A DNA stretch of 64,000 nt from Antedon mediterranea (GCF_964355755.1 NC_092671.1:14632001-14696000), one strand, 5' to 3'; positions 25,895 to 39,600 are shown, counted from the stretch's first letter. The notes: generated by a model not told the origin, from the sequence alone. Numbers and translations are program-made.

Positions 25895-26104
25895 TAAGTA
25901 TGACAAATTATAAATGTAGCTTTAGTGAATATTTGTTACACAATGCAGTTTGAGAAAAAATATATTTTAATTTTATAATAGTAAAGTATTGTCTTTTAAA
26001 ACGTATATTTTTTTATAAGGTTGAGGAAATTAAAATTTAGCTAAGTTGATTTTCAAATTCAATTTTCAGGTTAAAGGTACGTAAGGTTAAATTATTTATT
26101 CTGG

Positions 26105-26350
26105 TCCCATCTGTTTTCAAATAGGGTACCAAGGTCTTTGACATGCACTATATGTACACAAGACCAACGGCTTTACATCCTATCCAAAGAACGACGCAAT
26201 AGTAAGGCACTTGCCTAATGATGCAATCAGTATGGTACAGATATCCGATATTATCATTACACCATCACTCTCCGGTATATAAAGCACCCGATATTCCCAG
26301 ATGGTCTCCCATCCAAGTTCTAACCAGGCCCAACATTGCTTAACTTCCAG
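26105..26350 (-). mobile_element. 5S rRNA-derived SINE (SINE3-type) just 3' of SMPD2
   Basis: 26279-26350 (-) reads GGAAGTTAAGCAATGTTGGGCCTGGTTAGAACTTGGATGGGAGACCATCTGGGAATATCGGGTGCT, the 3' part of 5S rRNA. It is followed by a non-5S body resembling the Deu/Nin SINE domain. Confidence 0.8.
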
Positions 26351-26396
26351 TGTTTCAACGCAGTATTGCTGTACACTACACACAAAAAAATTTTTT

Positions 26397-29300
26397 TCAG
26401 AATTTTCCTGAGTACATTTTACGAATTCTTACATTCTCTAAGAGTCCCATGAATGAATTAGCTTCAAATACTCTTTGTACACAAACATCCCACAGACAAA
26501 TCCAGATAACCAACACAAGAAATGCAGACATTACAAATTTAGCATAGATGATATCCATAATGGATGTTAGCTGTATAACAAAAAGTAAAAGGCCTAATAA
26601 AGCTGCTAAGTAGGCAGACTGAAACCTCTTGTGTTGAACTTCATTGTAAGCTAATAAAAACTTTTCTTCAACATTATCTAGTAAACTTGGTAAATCATTA
26701 GATGGACTTGGAGACTGCGCATCTGTAAAAGAAAAACGTAACATTATACGTAAAATAATAATAAATAAATCTATAAGATATTAATTATTTTGGTTTGATA
26801 AAAGCAAGGCCAAAGTTCTAGATCACCAACAAATGTTACATATGTAAGATGGCTTTAATCTTATTTTTTCCTTAGATGGGATTTGTTGGTTCTGTGCACA
26901 TGAATGGTCTCATAGTGTGCTGATTATTATAGGCTCAACTCAGTCTAAACCTGTACAATAAATCTATATCGGATACCGACTCATAATGTAACAAGTATAT
27001 TAACAATAAATACTTACCATGACAATGTTGAATTTCCAAAGTTGCTGACACGGCCTCATGATCAGATGGATTCAGACCTGAATGAGGGATCTTTCGTAAT
27101 GCCAGACGTGCATCTGTGCACTGTACCTTGTAACCACTGTTGGTATTGTACATTATGTAATCAATGCGCATACCTTTTGGAAATTGTTCATAGACCCTGT
27201 GTACAAGGCCTGTGTAACAATTTGTATCACACTCACATGTCTCCCCACTGCCATCCTGGAGATATTGAAAAACATATTTTGACTTGTTTAACTAATGTCA
27301 TTTCTATATTAAAATTTGTTATAAAATTAAATTGAACGAACAAAATTGATATGGATGATCATTAAATAGTCTGGTATGTAGAGATATAAAATAGTTATTT
27401 TTTATCTTTGATATGATGAATATTTTATTCATACTAATCCACGCCCAGTAGGGTTTTATGATACTGTATAACATATCAAGTACATTATTATATAATTTTT
27501 ATTTATATATTTTTTCAGACACATGTTAAAATCTTCTAAATGCGGCAATCATCAGCTTCTACGCCACGAAACTTACTCATCACAGAGGGCGGTCTTCAGT
27601 TTAGGAATAAACTTATTTATATACCGTACTTCAGTATTTTGACAGTTTTTTACACTAAAAAATGTAAAAAACGTACAATTAAATATCACAATGAATAACA
27701 TTAATATAAAATATTAGCATGTACAGTAGTTCTAATATTTTATATAGTAATTGTTATGACCCAACTTTTCAACTTTTTTACTGTTGCACTCAAGTTGAAA
27801 AGGTTGCTATATGAAGTACAGAGGCAAATTGAATTCATGATAGATTAAAATAATGGTAAATTTGAGATAAATTGCCTATCCTTGATATGTAATTAACTAA
27901 TTGAGTTTAATTGATTGCTAAATAAAAGATACTAAAATCATCTGTCTATCAGTCAGAGGTCAATAAATTGTGAAAACCCAGCCAATAATAAATAAACCCA
28001 ACTGTCTCAACAGGAAACTATTGATGGTAAATAATAATTGCAACCACAAACCACTATCCAACCATACACCCACACAATTACAAATTATTTTTTCCCTTTT
28101 AGTTGCAACATAGAGATATTATAGTTCACTATAATATCTCTATAGTTCACTCTAATAAATATCTCTATGGTTGCAATAACAGATTTATTACTTACATCAG
28201 CATTTGGCCTTTCATCCCAAACATCTTTTAGGCCAGCATTGGCCATCAATACTTTTTTAGCCAATGAAAAAGGCTCACTGTTGAAATCTCCCATTAATAC
28301 ATTGACGTTAGCAGATGTTCCAACTTGCCTTATTATGTTGCTAATCTCATAACATTGCGCCAAACGATGAGAGAACAGTACATCAGACTTTTCATAGTGT
28401 AAGGGTGTATAAATTGCACAAACCTGATAACAAATAAAAGAAACAACTGTGATGTATAATTCAATTAAATGATAATGCAGGCGCACCGTCCAAGCGTATA
28501 GCTATACTTGAATATGACATAAGATATGGTGTTTGCTAATTTTACAAATAACATCATGGATATATTCAGTAAAATGTAGAAATTTGGACATTGAAATGTC
28601 AGTACATCAATTCAAACTTTTTTGATAACTTTTGAATTCAGCAAGACTCTGTCTACACTATCAAACTTGTGATGTGCCCACATATGATAATGATGTGCCC
28701 AAATATGGTAGTGATATGACATCATCATGTTCATATATTATGGGTAAATCATATTTTTTTTTTTGATAGTGTAGACAGAGATTTAGTTTCTACAGATATT
28801 TTTAATTATGATTCTTGAATCTTTAGATATACACCTTAAACTCTTGAGTTACTTGACCCATCCAAATCCAGAATCCAAGAATATTCTTGTAGATCAATCA
28901 AGGCATAAACCAGAAGTTACAGATTGTACATTCAAATCCTATCAACATATATTTAAATTATGGTACTGTATGACAAAAAAGGCTTACGTGTGTTGTGAAA
29001 ATATTGATGATAAAGCCTTTATGTTTGATTTTAACCAGGCCTAGCATTCGTCTAGCATACCAATCAAGCTGATTCAACTTATATGGAGATGAGTTGAGTG
29101 AATAATAAAAGATGGCTGATTCAATAATAGGACAATTTGAGAATATGCAAACACCGCTTTTAATACCGCTAAAATGATTATAAAATAAATTACAAAAAAA
29201 CAAAAAAAAGTAATTATTAGATTCCCAGTATCAACTTAATAATAATACATTTAAAATAAATAAATCATGAAATGGAGTAGAGTAACTGAATAATGTACAA

Positions 29301-31210
29301 TTAGTAAGTAAAAATAAAATGAATTATGAATATACAAATTCGTAACAAATATTTATACCTGTGAAAATAGTGGTGAAAGGGATGTGTTAGAGACAGGTGG
29401 TCACATAGCAATGTGTAGTCTGAAGTGTAAATAACCTTTAAAATAAAAGAATAAATGTCTATTATTAGTAATCTTTTTTTTATATAGCAACAGCCTATTT
29501 TCTCCTATTTTAGCACACATCATTTATGCGCACAATTATTATTTTATTGTTGTATCATCATCATCCGTTACGCTATTCGTCTTGGGTAGACATTGCGTAC
29601 GCTAATCGTTTCCATGACTCTCTTTTGGTGGTCTGTCATTAACTTTGCGATCGATGTATTTGCTTTTTTGAGTTCTTTGTTTATGTTTCCTATCCAGGTA
29701 GTTTTTGGTCTGCCAACTGGTCTTTTAACTTTTCTAATGGATTCTGTCAACGCTAATTTGGCTGGAGTGTCCATCGGAAGCCTTAGCATATGTCCGGTCC
29801 ATTTGTATTTTCTTTTCCTTATTATGTTTGACCATTTTAGTTCTTTCGTTCTGCTATATAGTTCTATATTTCTAATTGTGTAAGGCTACTTAATTTTTAT
29901 AATTTGTCTTAATAATTCTCCTTCCGACTGGTTACTAGCTTCAATAAAAGAATTTAACTTTTCCAAACCAAGAACTGTCTCTGTGGATGATTTTATTGTG
30001 TTTGTGCCAATGCTGCAGCTCCGGAAAATACTACGCGATAAAGCTACGACGCTAGTAGTACGAACCTGTTACATTGTTGTATAGGTCTATTGGTCCTAGC
30101 TAGGCCTAGTTACAACAATGTATAGGCCTACCAAATTACTAATTTAATATTAGTAATGCATAACAATGCGCAGTAAAAAAAAATTAAAATGGTAATTCAA
30201 ATCAATCAAACACAAAAAAATAGTTGTAATACAAATTGAATTGGTTTGTCATTAAAGAATATAAAATAAAAGCAATAATTAAAGTTAGAAGCACCTCTTG
30301 CAATGCAATAACATCATATTCTCCTTTAGATAATTCCTCTGCTATGAACTTGAAACGAACTGTTTTATCACTGGTAACTAAAGGCACACCCCTGTTGAAT
30401 GAATATACATTTTGATTTAAGATTGTTTTTAATTAAAATAATAAATGTATAAAATTAATAAATCCAGATCACAATCTGAATGAATGGCCCGTGCTTGGCT
30501 TAATAAACAAAATATTAATAATTATTATAGGCCTAGGCCTCTTAAACATTAATAATTATAATATTATTATAGCCTAAATAATTATTAGGTATACTAGGCC
30601 TAGCTAGGACCAATAGACCTATAGGCTATAATAATATAATTTTACTACTACTAGCCTACCAGGTGCGCCTATCTACTTACTAGCCAGGCCTACTAGACTA
30701 GTAGAGAGAGTCAGGCTTATTTAATTTAGTTAGAGTAGGGCCAGCAGGCCTAGGCCTAGTAGTTAATTAAATAGACCCTAGCTAGGCTTTAGCCTAGCTA
30801 GGCTACTAGCTAGGCCTAGGCTAGGTCCTAGCTAGGAGGGGCTACTAGGCTAGGCCTAGCTAGTTTAGAAAGCCCTTAATAATAGGCTAGCCTGGCCTAA
30901 GCTAGTAATAATGTAGACTAGCCTAGGCCTCTAGTCTAACTAGCTAGGCATAGGTAGGGCCTAGTAGTAGGCTCCGGCGGCTAGCCGCCATAGGCTTACT
31001 AGCCTAGCTAGGTCCTAAACTAGGCTAGCTAGGCCTGGCCTACTAGCTAGGCCTAGGCCTAGTACTAGTAGGCCTAGGAGGTAGGCCTACTAGTAGTAGG
31101 CTAGGGCTAGCCTCCTAGCCTAGGCCAGGCCTAATTTGAAAAAAATGAGATACATTAATAACAAACCAGCAATTCAACGTTAACATCCGAAGCGAGACTC
31201 CCATACTCAT
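26397..31210 (-). CDS. SMPD2: Neutral sphingomyelinase 1 (7 exons)
   Basis: Exons 31167-31210 (LRMLTLNCW), ~30295-30392 (GVP..YDVIALQE), ~29359-29436 (HYFHS), ~28988-29169 (GIKSGVCIFS..DWY..TTH), ~28195-28424 (RLAQ..MGDFN), ~27017-27256 (RIDY, SDHEAV), 26397-~26723 (two C-terminal hydrophobic segments). Confidence 0.9.
28645..28782. mobile_element. MITE, same family as 25753-25894
   Basis: CTCTGTCTACACTATCAAA / TTTGATAGTGTAGACAGAG with shared internal AAATATGGTAGTGATATG. Confidence 0.8.
29545..29925 (-). mobile_element. 3' fragment of an RTE-type LINE in a SMPD2 intron
   Basis: KWTGHMLRLPMDTPAK..KRPVGRPKTTW is a typical RTE ORF C-terminus; short (GAT)n tail. Confidence 0.75.
30520..31135. 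repeat. TAGGCCTA/TAGCTA-rich aperiodic tract in SMPD2 intron 1
   Basis: Dense TA-GGCC-TA, TA-GC-TA, TA-GCC-TA, TA-GGC-TA, TA-G-TA and TA-C-TA words with no fixed period. Confidence 0.95.
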
Positions 31211-31299
31211 AGTATTACGGTTGCAACAAAATAAATAAATAAAACTAATTTAGGGCGAACCCACATGTGATGAATCGTCAACTCCGAAAAACTAAAAAA

Positions 31300-32363
31300 G
31301 GGTCAGTCTAATTACCGAAAACAACCGAAAATAACCGAAAACAACCGAAAACAACCATAAACAACCGAAAACAACCGTAAACAACCGAAAACAAACCGAA
31401 AACAAACCGAAAACAAAAAGTTAAAAAATCTAAATACCGAAAACAAATTTTGTATAATATTTTTTTTAATGTCGCCCTCTATTGATGGGTGTTTCTAAAG
31501 CTAAGACCATACACAGAGGCGCAAAAATCATGGAAGACCCTACGAAATGGTAGTGTGCACAAAATACAACTAAAAATCGTACAAATTCAATGAAATACAC
31601 CGTAGACTACATTTACTTACAAAATCTATAAACACATTTCGTTTTTAGTCTTTTCAAAAACAAAGCATGATTTTACCTAACTTTGCGTTTTCGTCCCCGG
31701 TTTCGTCACTTAAGTGAATACTGAAGCGATAAGGATAAAAACGTTATTTACTCGACTACAGTAATTTTACTGAATAGATTTTATTGTGAATCCTTTATAG
31801 TGAGCTTCTTTTAAGTATACTTTATAGTCCCTAGTATCTTTGTATAATTTATCTTTGAAAATCTATAATTAAATTGATCATGATTAACCATAGTCAATTT
31901 ACTTTCTATACTATGGATTAACATATTCATAATTATTGTAAGGAGTAATGCGCTGGTTTCTGGATCAAAAATCGAAAGACTAAAATTAAAATATTTTTAT
32001 AGATTCTGTAAGTAAATGCGATGTTATCAATTGATTGATTGTACGATTTTTAGTTGTATTTTGTGCACACTGTCATCGTAGGGTCTTCCTTGGCTTTTGC
32101 GCGCGCGGTTTTTTGTCTCTGTTATGGTCTTAGTAGATTTAGAAACACCCATCAATAGAGGGCGACATTTAAAAAATATTATACAAATTTGTTTTCGGTA
32201 TTTAGATTATTTTATGTTGTTTTCGGTTTGTTTTCGGTTCGTTTTCGGTTGTTTATGGTTGTTTTTGGTTGTTTATGGTTGTTTTCGGTTGTTTGTGGTT
32301 GTTTTCGGTTGTTTATGGTTGTTTTCGGTTATTTTCGGTTGTTTTCGGTAATTAGACTGACCG
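31300..32363. mobile_element. Non-autonomous Mutator-like element (MULE)
   Basis: ~290-bp TIRs (GGTCAGTCTAATTACCGAAAAC..) containing 10-bp AACCGAAAAC subrepeats. 9-bp TSD ACTAAAAAA at 31291-31299 and 32364-32372. Confidence 0.9.
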
Positions 32364-33419
32364 ACTAAAAAATATTATAAATTAAGAAAGAATTAAGATC
32401 TCGAGCGAAATTGCACAATTGCACATAATAGATAGGCGCCATCAGTTTTGGCCACACATATTCAACTTCATGTTTCTTCTTTTTCGAGCTATTATATCTA
32501 ATGGCATTCCCCCCTCATTTGATTGATTTTGTTTTACGTACCAATTACTATTCTGTCCCGTATTCTTTACACTTTTTTTTATGAGACATCCTGTGAAATA
32601 AATCGAAGAGCAATTTGTTGATAATACGGTAATTAATAAATTAAGCATACTAAATACTGTATTGTTACTCGAAATGTCCCCATTGGTAGGGACACCCCTC
32701 TCTAAAAAATAAAGTTGAAATCAAATAAAGTTACTGTATTTTAAAACAACTTAACATCATTAGATTATATTTAGGGAAACGCTGCTAGCCTTATTAACTG
32801 TACATACATAATATAATACGAAATATAACATTGTCATAGAATAATATAAACAGAAAGTCTTTCAATAAAAAAAAGTAGGCCTATATATAAAATCAATACA
32901 AGCTAAAAACAGTTAATATAAATTATCTATACAGTATTTCATTATAAAAAAGACAAACGTTTACCGGTACGGTACAGTATTATCATTATTCTTTAGAGTA
33001 TCTTTATTCAGACCGGATTCAGACAAAAGTACAATACCATTTTTTTTAAATACAGAAAAACAAACACAATTTTGACTGAACTGAACTGAACTTTTTATTG
33101 TATCTCTTTTAAATCAGAGGCACAGTCTCAATGAGATGTGCAACAAGTTTACAGTGACGCAAAATATAATTTGACGCAAAATATAATTTAAAATAATTTA
33201 AAAATTTTTAATTTATTTATACAGGATAATATTATGGTTTATTGCATTTCCGGATAGTGTCAAAATGACATAAGCCCAGTATGACGTATGTGTTGTATTG
33301 TAGAACAGTTGCATTTGTTTTCTTTGGTTTTGACAACAACCTTGAATGGGTTCAGGATTGGAATTTTTTTCATTGTAAGTTTATTGGGACGTGGGATGAG
33401 TCATTTAAAACGATGTCAC

Positions 33420-33560
33420 TGCCCTCTACGCCCACCAGATAAGCATCCCCAAATATGGTTAACCTAATTATGACGCACACTATTAAAATACTCTGATTGG
33501 TTGAGATTGCTAATCCAAACAACCGTAGTCATGCCGCGCCATTTTCTGAATAATTATTGA
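33420..33560 (+). promoter_or_regulatory. Probable WEE1 proximal promoter
   Basis: Inverted CCAAT (TGATTGG ~33495) and GCCGCGCCATTTT (YY1/E2F-like, ~33533), 130-250 bp upstream of the ATG. Confidence 0.45.
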
Positions 33561-33681
33561 ATCTGAAACTCATGGTGGTAAAGTTTGTGCTAATTTAAAT
33601 CTGTAACTTTTAAATCAACTAGGCCTAATTGTCTTCAGGTAAGCTAATCAACAAATCAATGTGGTTGAATTTATATAGATA

Positions 33682-36600
33682 ATGTCTACGTGCCATTCTA
33701 TAATTATGCATAGATCTCCAACAATTCAACGCCTAACGTTCCACGATAGTGAAGGCGAAGAAGGCTCGTATGACGAGGAAGATGTGCCAAGCTTTCCTGC
33801 AGGCTTGCATCGCCGTAGTCAGTCCGTGCGAGGTGGCTCACTCAGTGGTTGTGAGGATGCCAGTTTTTCGTCTTTACCAGGCTCAGATTTTCTAGATATG
33901 GATACAGATACATCTTGGGATTCCACCCTTGCTACGCCAGAAAGTAGTCCAAGGAGAAGGCAGTTTAACTTAACAAAACATGTGGATTACTGGAATGGGG
34001 GAACCCCGTGTCGTTCAAAATCACCAACCTGCAGTCTAGCAGGTCTGGGTATACAGAGTCCCATGTTGATTAAATCTAATCGCCCCGCAACACCTTGTAG
34101 TACGTCTCCTCCAAACAAAGATCTAAGGAACTTAAGACTATTCGATACACCTCACACACCAAAGTCTTTGCTAAGAAAATCATCAAGATTAGGTCATCTT
34201 AAAAAGACAAACAATGGTGGCAGTGGGCTAGTTGGGCGATTATTTAGTGGAAAGCGTAATAATAGTCCAATTAACGATAAACCACAGACAGTTCCAGCAG
34301 TGAACAGAACAATGTTTAGAAAACCACTTGCCAATGTAAACCCATTTACACCAAATGCAATAATGCAAAGTGCTACCAAGAAAAGGTTGAAACGTGAAAA
34401 AAGGTTAGTATTGTACAGTATATCACTTTTAAAGTTGTATTTGCTATTTAATAAGTACTGTATGACATCCTTCACATGCTACTACTTAGCTAAATATAAT
34501 ATCTGAAATATAATATTAAGAGATTTTAATGTGTGTGTGTTTAAAAAAAAAAAAATTGTCTGTAAACTATGCTATACCAGAGCAGTTGCTATATTATTAA
34601 TATTATACTGTTGTAATATTTATAAAGCTGTGCTCTTCCATAAGGAATGAGTATATAATTACTTATATATTTACTTAGAGTAAATATACAGGTACAGTAT
34701 CATTATCAATAAAAACTGGATCCAACCAACTGTGTCAAGTACAGTATGACTCATTTATTATCTGTATTATCACCTACAGTATTGCTACATAGTGCAGCAG
34801 CAGTATCGTCAGTGATAATAATTTTCAAATTAGGAAACATTAAAACCTACCTAAATTGTGAACTTTGGTTTGTTTACTTATTATAGAATCCTTAATAATA
34901 CAGAAAGTGATTCCGATGATGATATGGAGATGAACCCACCAAAGGTAATTGTTATTACAGGACTTAGTTTAGTTGTCTTGTACACAAATTTATAAAAAAA
35001 AAATCACAACCACATCAATAAAAATGATCATTTCCTAATTATAAATGAAAGCTGTAATGCCAGTGACCAATTTTACTGTATTAAACTCAAAAAAGGTTGT
35101 CAATATTTTGTAAAAAAAATCAGATAAAGATAAAACATAAATTTGGAACTTAAAAAGAAATTAAAAAAAACATAATTGTAATTTACATTCATATAAATAA
35201 CTTTTGTTTTTCTAGAGATTAGCATTACGAGAAAGCAACATCTCTAGGTATAAGGAAGAGTTTGTAGAATTATGTAAGATTGGGTCTGGTGAATTTGGAT
35301 CTGTTTTCAAATGCATAAATAAACTGGATGGATGTCTTTATGCAGTTAAGAAGTCAAAACAACCTCTTGCTGGTTCTGTTAATGAGTAAGTTCATTTTCT
35401 TGCAAATAATGTACAGTAGCTCTTATTCTCAAAATGAATATAAAAGTGTATAGCATGGTATAAATGTAGATCTCGAGTACACCAGCAGTGAAGTCAACTT
35501 ATGTATTCGTCAATGACAGCCATGTGTCCTCCGAAGAAGACGGCTACAAGACAGTAACTGTACTTAAAATTGTAGAATGCTTTGACCGGCTTTGGTTAAC
35601 AATTGTTTATACAATGCACCTAAATACCATTCCAGTTTAGTATTATTGATAACATAAGTACTAAATTAACCAAACATTGATTGCACTTTACAGACAAATG
35701 GCTTTAAATGAGGTTTATGCTCATGCGGTCCTTGGCACACATCGACATGTAGTGCGGTATTATTCAGCATGGTCTGAGGCTAATCATATGTTAATACAGA
35801 ATGAATATTGCAATGGTGAGTAGTACAGTATATCAAATCATTTTAGCCATCTTTGTTACGTTGAATCATTTGAAATAAATACGGTGGTTAAAAGTTAAGT
35901 TCTTTCTGTAAGCTTTTTGACATTTTAGCTAATTAGTAAAGCTGTGGCAGATTATTTTTCTATGTACATTCCAATCCTTAATCCTGTATAAGTATTGTGA
36001 GAATTTGCTCTGTTCTAATATGTTTTTCATAATTTTTCTATTCAAAATCATAACAATGAAAAAAATGCATTATTATGGCCAATAAAGAAACTTATTTTTG
36101 GTTAACCTTTTGTTTAAAGTTTTAATTTTACACAGCCTAATGAACACATCAAAAACATTCATTGATTAATTGTTACTTTGACATAATGTTTTGTAGGTTA
36201 AATAAACTAATTGCATTCTTTCTTTATTAGTTCTTGATGAAATAGTTTTCTTTAAGTTCATTGTTCTGATTAGCAAGGTTATTAACCATCTTTGTTAATT
36301 GACTATTAGGCATTTGAACTTGTTTTGTATCATGTTATGATGGTGATTTGCCAGTGTTTGTAAATAAACCTTTATAGACTTGTGCCAGAGGCAAAGTTCA
36401 CGCTTTTAGTACAAGTGAAATTACATTATTTCCACTTGAATGAATACAAGACATTCCAGGGCATGCAAACTAAAGTGGGCCTGGATTTTGCAGCTGCAAT
36501 TAACTGTTTTCAATCGAATGTTAATCGGAATATTTGTATTGTTATAAAGCTATCTATTACAAAAATTGGATTATAAACAATATCATTGTAATAGAATAAA

Positions 36601-39600
36601 GTGAAAAAATTTGAAACAATACTAGCCCTATAGAATAAATCTTAGACCTGAAGAGAACGGTATTATTATTAGGCCTCAAAGTTAACCAGTACCTTCTCAA
36701 CCTAGCCCAGCTGTTGCACATTGCACCTGGCCTTTGAGTCAGGTCCCTTAACCTGTGTATAACACAAAATTTTAATAAAGTCAGAACGTATTATAATATG
36801 AATTTTGTTGTTTCAAAGTTGGTAACAGCTGTACTGGGTATTATTAGAGCCGTTAAGTTTACAAGTTCAAAAACCCTTCCCCACCTGCAAGGTAACTGTT
36901 AATTTCCGTTAAAAGTTGTAGCAGCTTGTCTAACCTTGATTTGATGATTTAAATTTAGGAAATTATAATCTCCATGCATATTTCAAAAATTAATTTGATT
37001 GAAGTTTGAAGCATTGTGTCCTAATAATTGACTTTGACTTATTACATGTGGGGACATTATTTTACAATGTTTTATTTTGTTTGCCTAATTGATTTGAAAC
37101 TAATTTTGGCAAGATTCTAGCTTTATAAATTAATTAATTGCTAATACAGTAATGTGATATTTTTTTTTTATCTTAAGGTGGAAGTTTAGCTGATGAAATT
37201 CAGGCAAATTGTATGAAGAGTGAGAATGTAACAGAAGTAGAGCTGAAGCAGCTTCTATTACAAGTTATACAGGGACTTAAGTATATTCATTCACAAGGCT
37301 TAGTGCACTTAGACATTAAACCAGGTAAAATACAGCTGTGATTTTAATAATACTTATATTTTTGCTGACTATAGCGTTCTTCATTAGTAAATACAAATAT
37401 ATGTTAAAATGTCTAACAATTTGCTCATTCTTTTAATAGGGAATATCTTCATCTCACGTAAAGAAAAAATTAATGATTTAGATGAAGGAGAGGAGAGTGA
37501 CATAAATGAGAACGAGTGTTTATCACCTGAACAGATCATTGATGATTATGGAGTCATTTATAAAATTGGTAAGATTGTTTGATAAAAAGACTTATTCAAA
37601 TTATAAATAAATTATTCATAGAAATTAATGATGTCAATTTGAATATCAAACCTTTTTTCCATCATATTTATAAATTCGATTTAAATATTTTCAGGTGACT
37701 TGGGTCATGTAACATCAATAACCAATCCTAAAGTAGAAGAGGGAGATGTCCGGTATTTACCGAATGAAATACTACATGAGGTAAGCAATGTTATAAACAA
37801 AATTGAAAATTGTAGGTAACTAAAAATGATTAATCAAAATTTAAGTGGTTTCATTTTCATTTTTTTTTCCAGGATTACTCGCATTTACCAAAAGCTGATA
37901 TCTTCTCGTTAGCGCTGACGATATTTGTTGCAGGCAAAGGGGGTCCACTACCAAAAAATGGGCCTGAATGGCATTCAATACGCCAAGGGAAATTGCCTTA
38001 CCTTTCGCAGTACTCAACAGATTTTAATAATCTTTTAAAAGTAAGTTCTTTCGGAGGTTAATTTCTGAAATTGAATTCTCAAAAATGTAGTTAATATATA
38101 AAAACTCAATAATATTAATAGTAAACAATTCAATAAAAATAATCCTGACTAGTTAAAAAAGTATTAAAAATAAAAAAAAATTGTTATTGTTTATAAACAG
38201 ATGATGGTTCACCCAGACCCAAAGATGAGACCATCTGCCTCAGCTATCATGCAGCATCCACTGTTGTGTCCTCAGAATGTGTCACTAATTAGGCTGAAGC
38301 AAGAGCTAAACACAGCCAAGTTTCAAAATGCAGTACTATCAAGGTTTGTTTTTTATAATATTTATGTCAGTATTATACTAGTACCCTTTTTACACCTGCA
38401 TAAGTTGTTACAACTTGTAACAAGTTGTAATTAGGTTTGATCTGCTGATTTATTACACGCTTTTATACATGCAAGTGCGAACCATAACAAATCTCGGGAG
38501 AGAGAAAGCATAGTTGTGTGCTATTTGATTATATGATTGATCTGTTTAAAGGGGGATTCTGGGTTTAAAATTGCTTTTAAATATCGTTTATTAAATAAAA
38601 AATATTATAACAGTGTAGACATGTCAGAATGAAGAAGTAATAACAAGCAATTAAAAAAATGAAATTTCATATACATTTTAGGTTAAATTCATGGAAAGTC
38701 TGTTTTTCAGCAGCTTAGGGAAGCTCATTAATATTCATGAGATATTCACAAAATCACGTCATCAGTGGATTCCAAACTCGCGACGACTAATTTACATCTC
38801 TCTCCCCTGTCAAACAACATTGTGAAATACATTTTTTGTAGATTTTCTAAGCTAGGCCTAAAGTGTAATAATAACAGTAGTAGCATATATTTATTTGACA
38901 TTTAATGAAATACAAAATTTAGTACAGATTACGGAGTCATAAATTATACTATTTTTATACCTCGAACAGATCGTATTATCGGCTTCACGTACTAGGCTAG
39001 GCCTAGCCTAAATCATTTTTTTTCATGAGAGAGCCATTCTGACTAGGGATTCCATGCCACGATGGCTACGTTAAAACATTGGGGCCCATCATGGGCCTAG
39101 CTAGCCTACTACTAAACGATTGGCCCATAAATAACAAAACTCTGGATTCCAAACCCATCCTACAGTATCAATCAAACTCCTAAACAATCTAAACCTAAAT
39201 CGTTCTACACAATCGGATGTAAATATTGAGGCAAAACAATGTCCGATCGCCGTCCGCACGTATGGTGTCCCGATCGTCTAAGTAGGCCTAAGTAAAATAG
39301 GCCTAGTTTACTCTCCAAAAAAGCGGATAGGCCTACTGCATCAAGCAAGTAGACCACCAGGTAGTAGGAAGGAGACCTAGCAGATCCGGCCCAGTTAAAA
39401 AATGAGCTAGCTAGTGTAGTAGACCCTGCGAATTGATACTACCACCAGGCCTTTTACTATAGGCTACACTTATTAAAATTAGCAATACTTATGTTTACAA
39501 ATATTCAAACTCTCTTATTCGAGCTATATTATCTATACCATTCCGGTCGAGTCGACCTTCAATCAAATACTGTACATCGTTCATGTTGTGATTATAGACG

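Noticed and set aside
26279-26350. Functional 5S rRNA gene
   Set aside because: The 5' ~45 nt are unrecognisable, there are several substitutions, and it is fused to a SINE body.
31310-31420. 10-bp repeats as a CRISPR-like array
   Set aside because: No unique spacers; they are TIR subrepeats mirrored at ~32215-32350, in a eukaryotic context.
32097-32351. 84-aa hydrophobic ORF
   Set aside because: Translation of the MULE TIR subrepeats.
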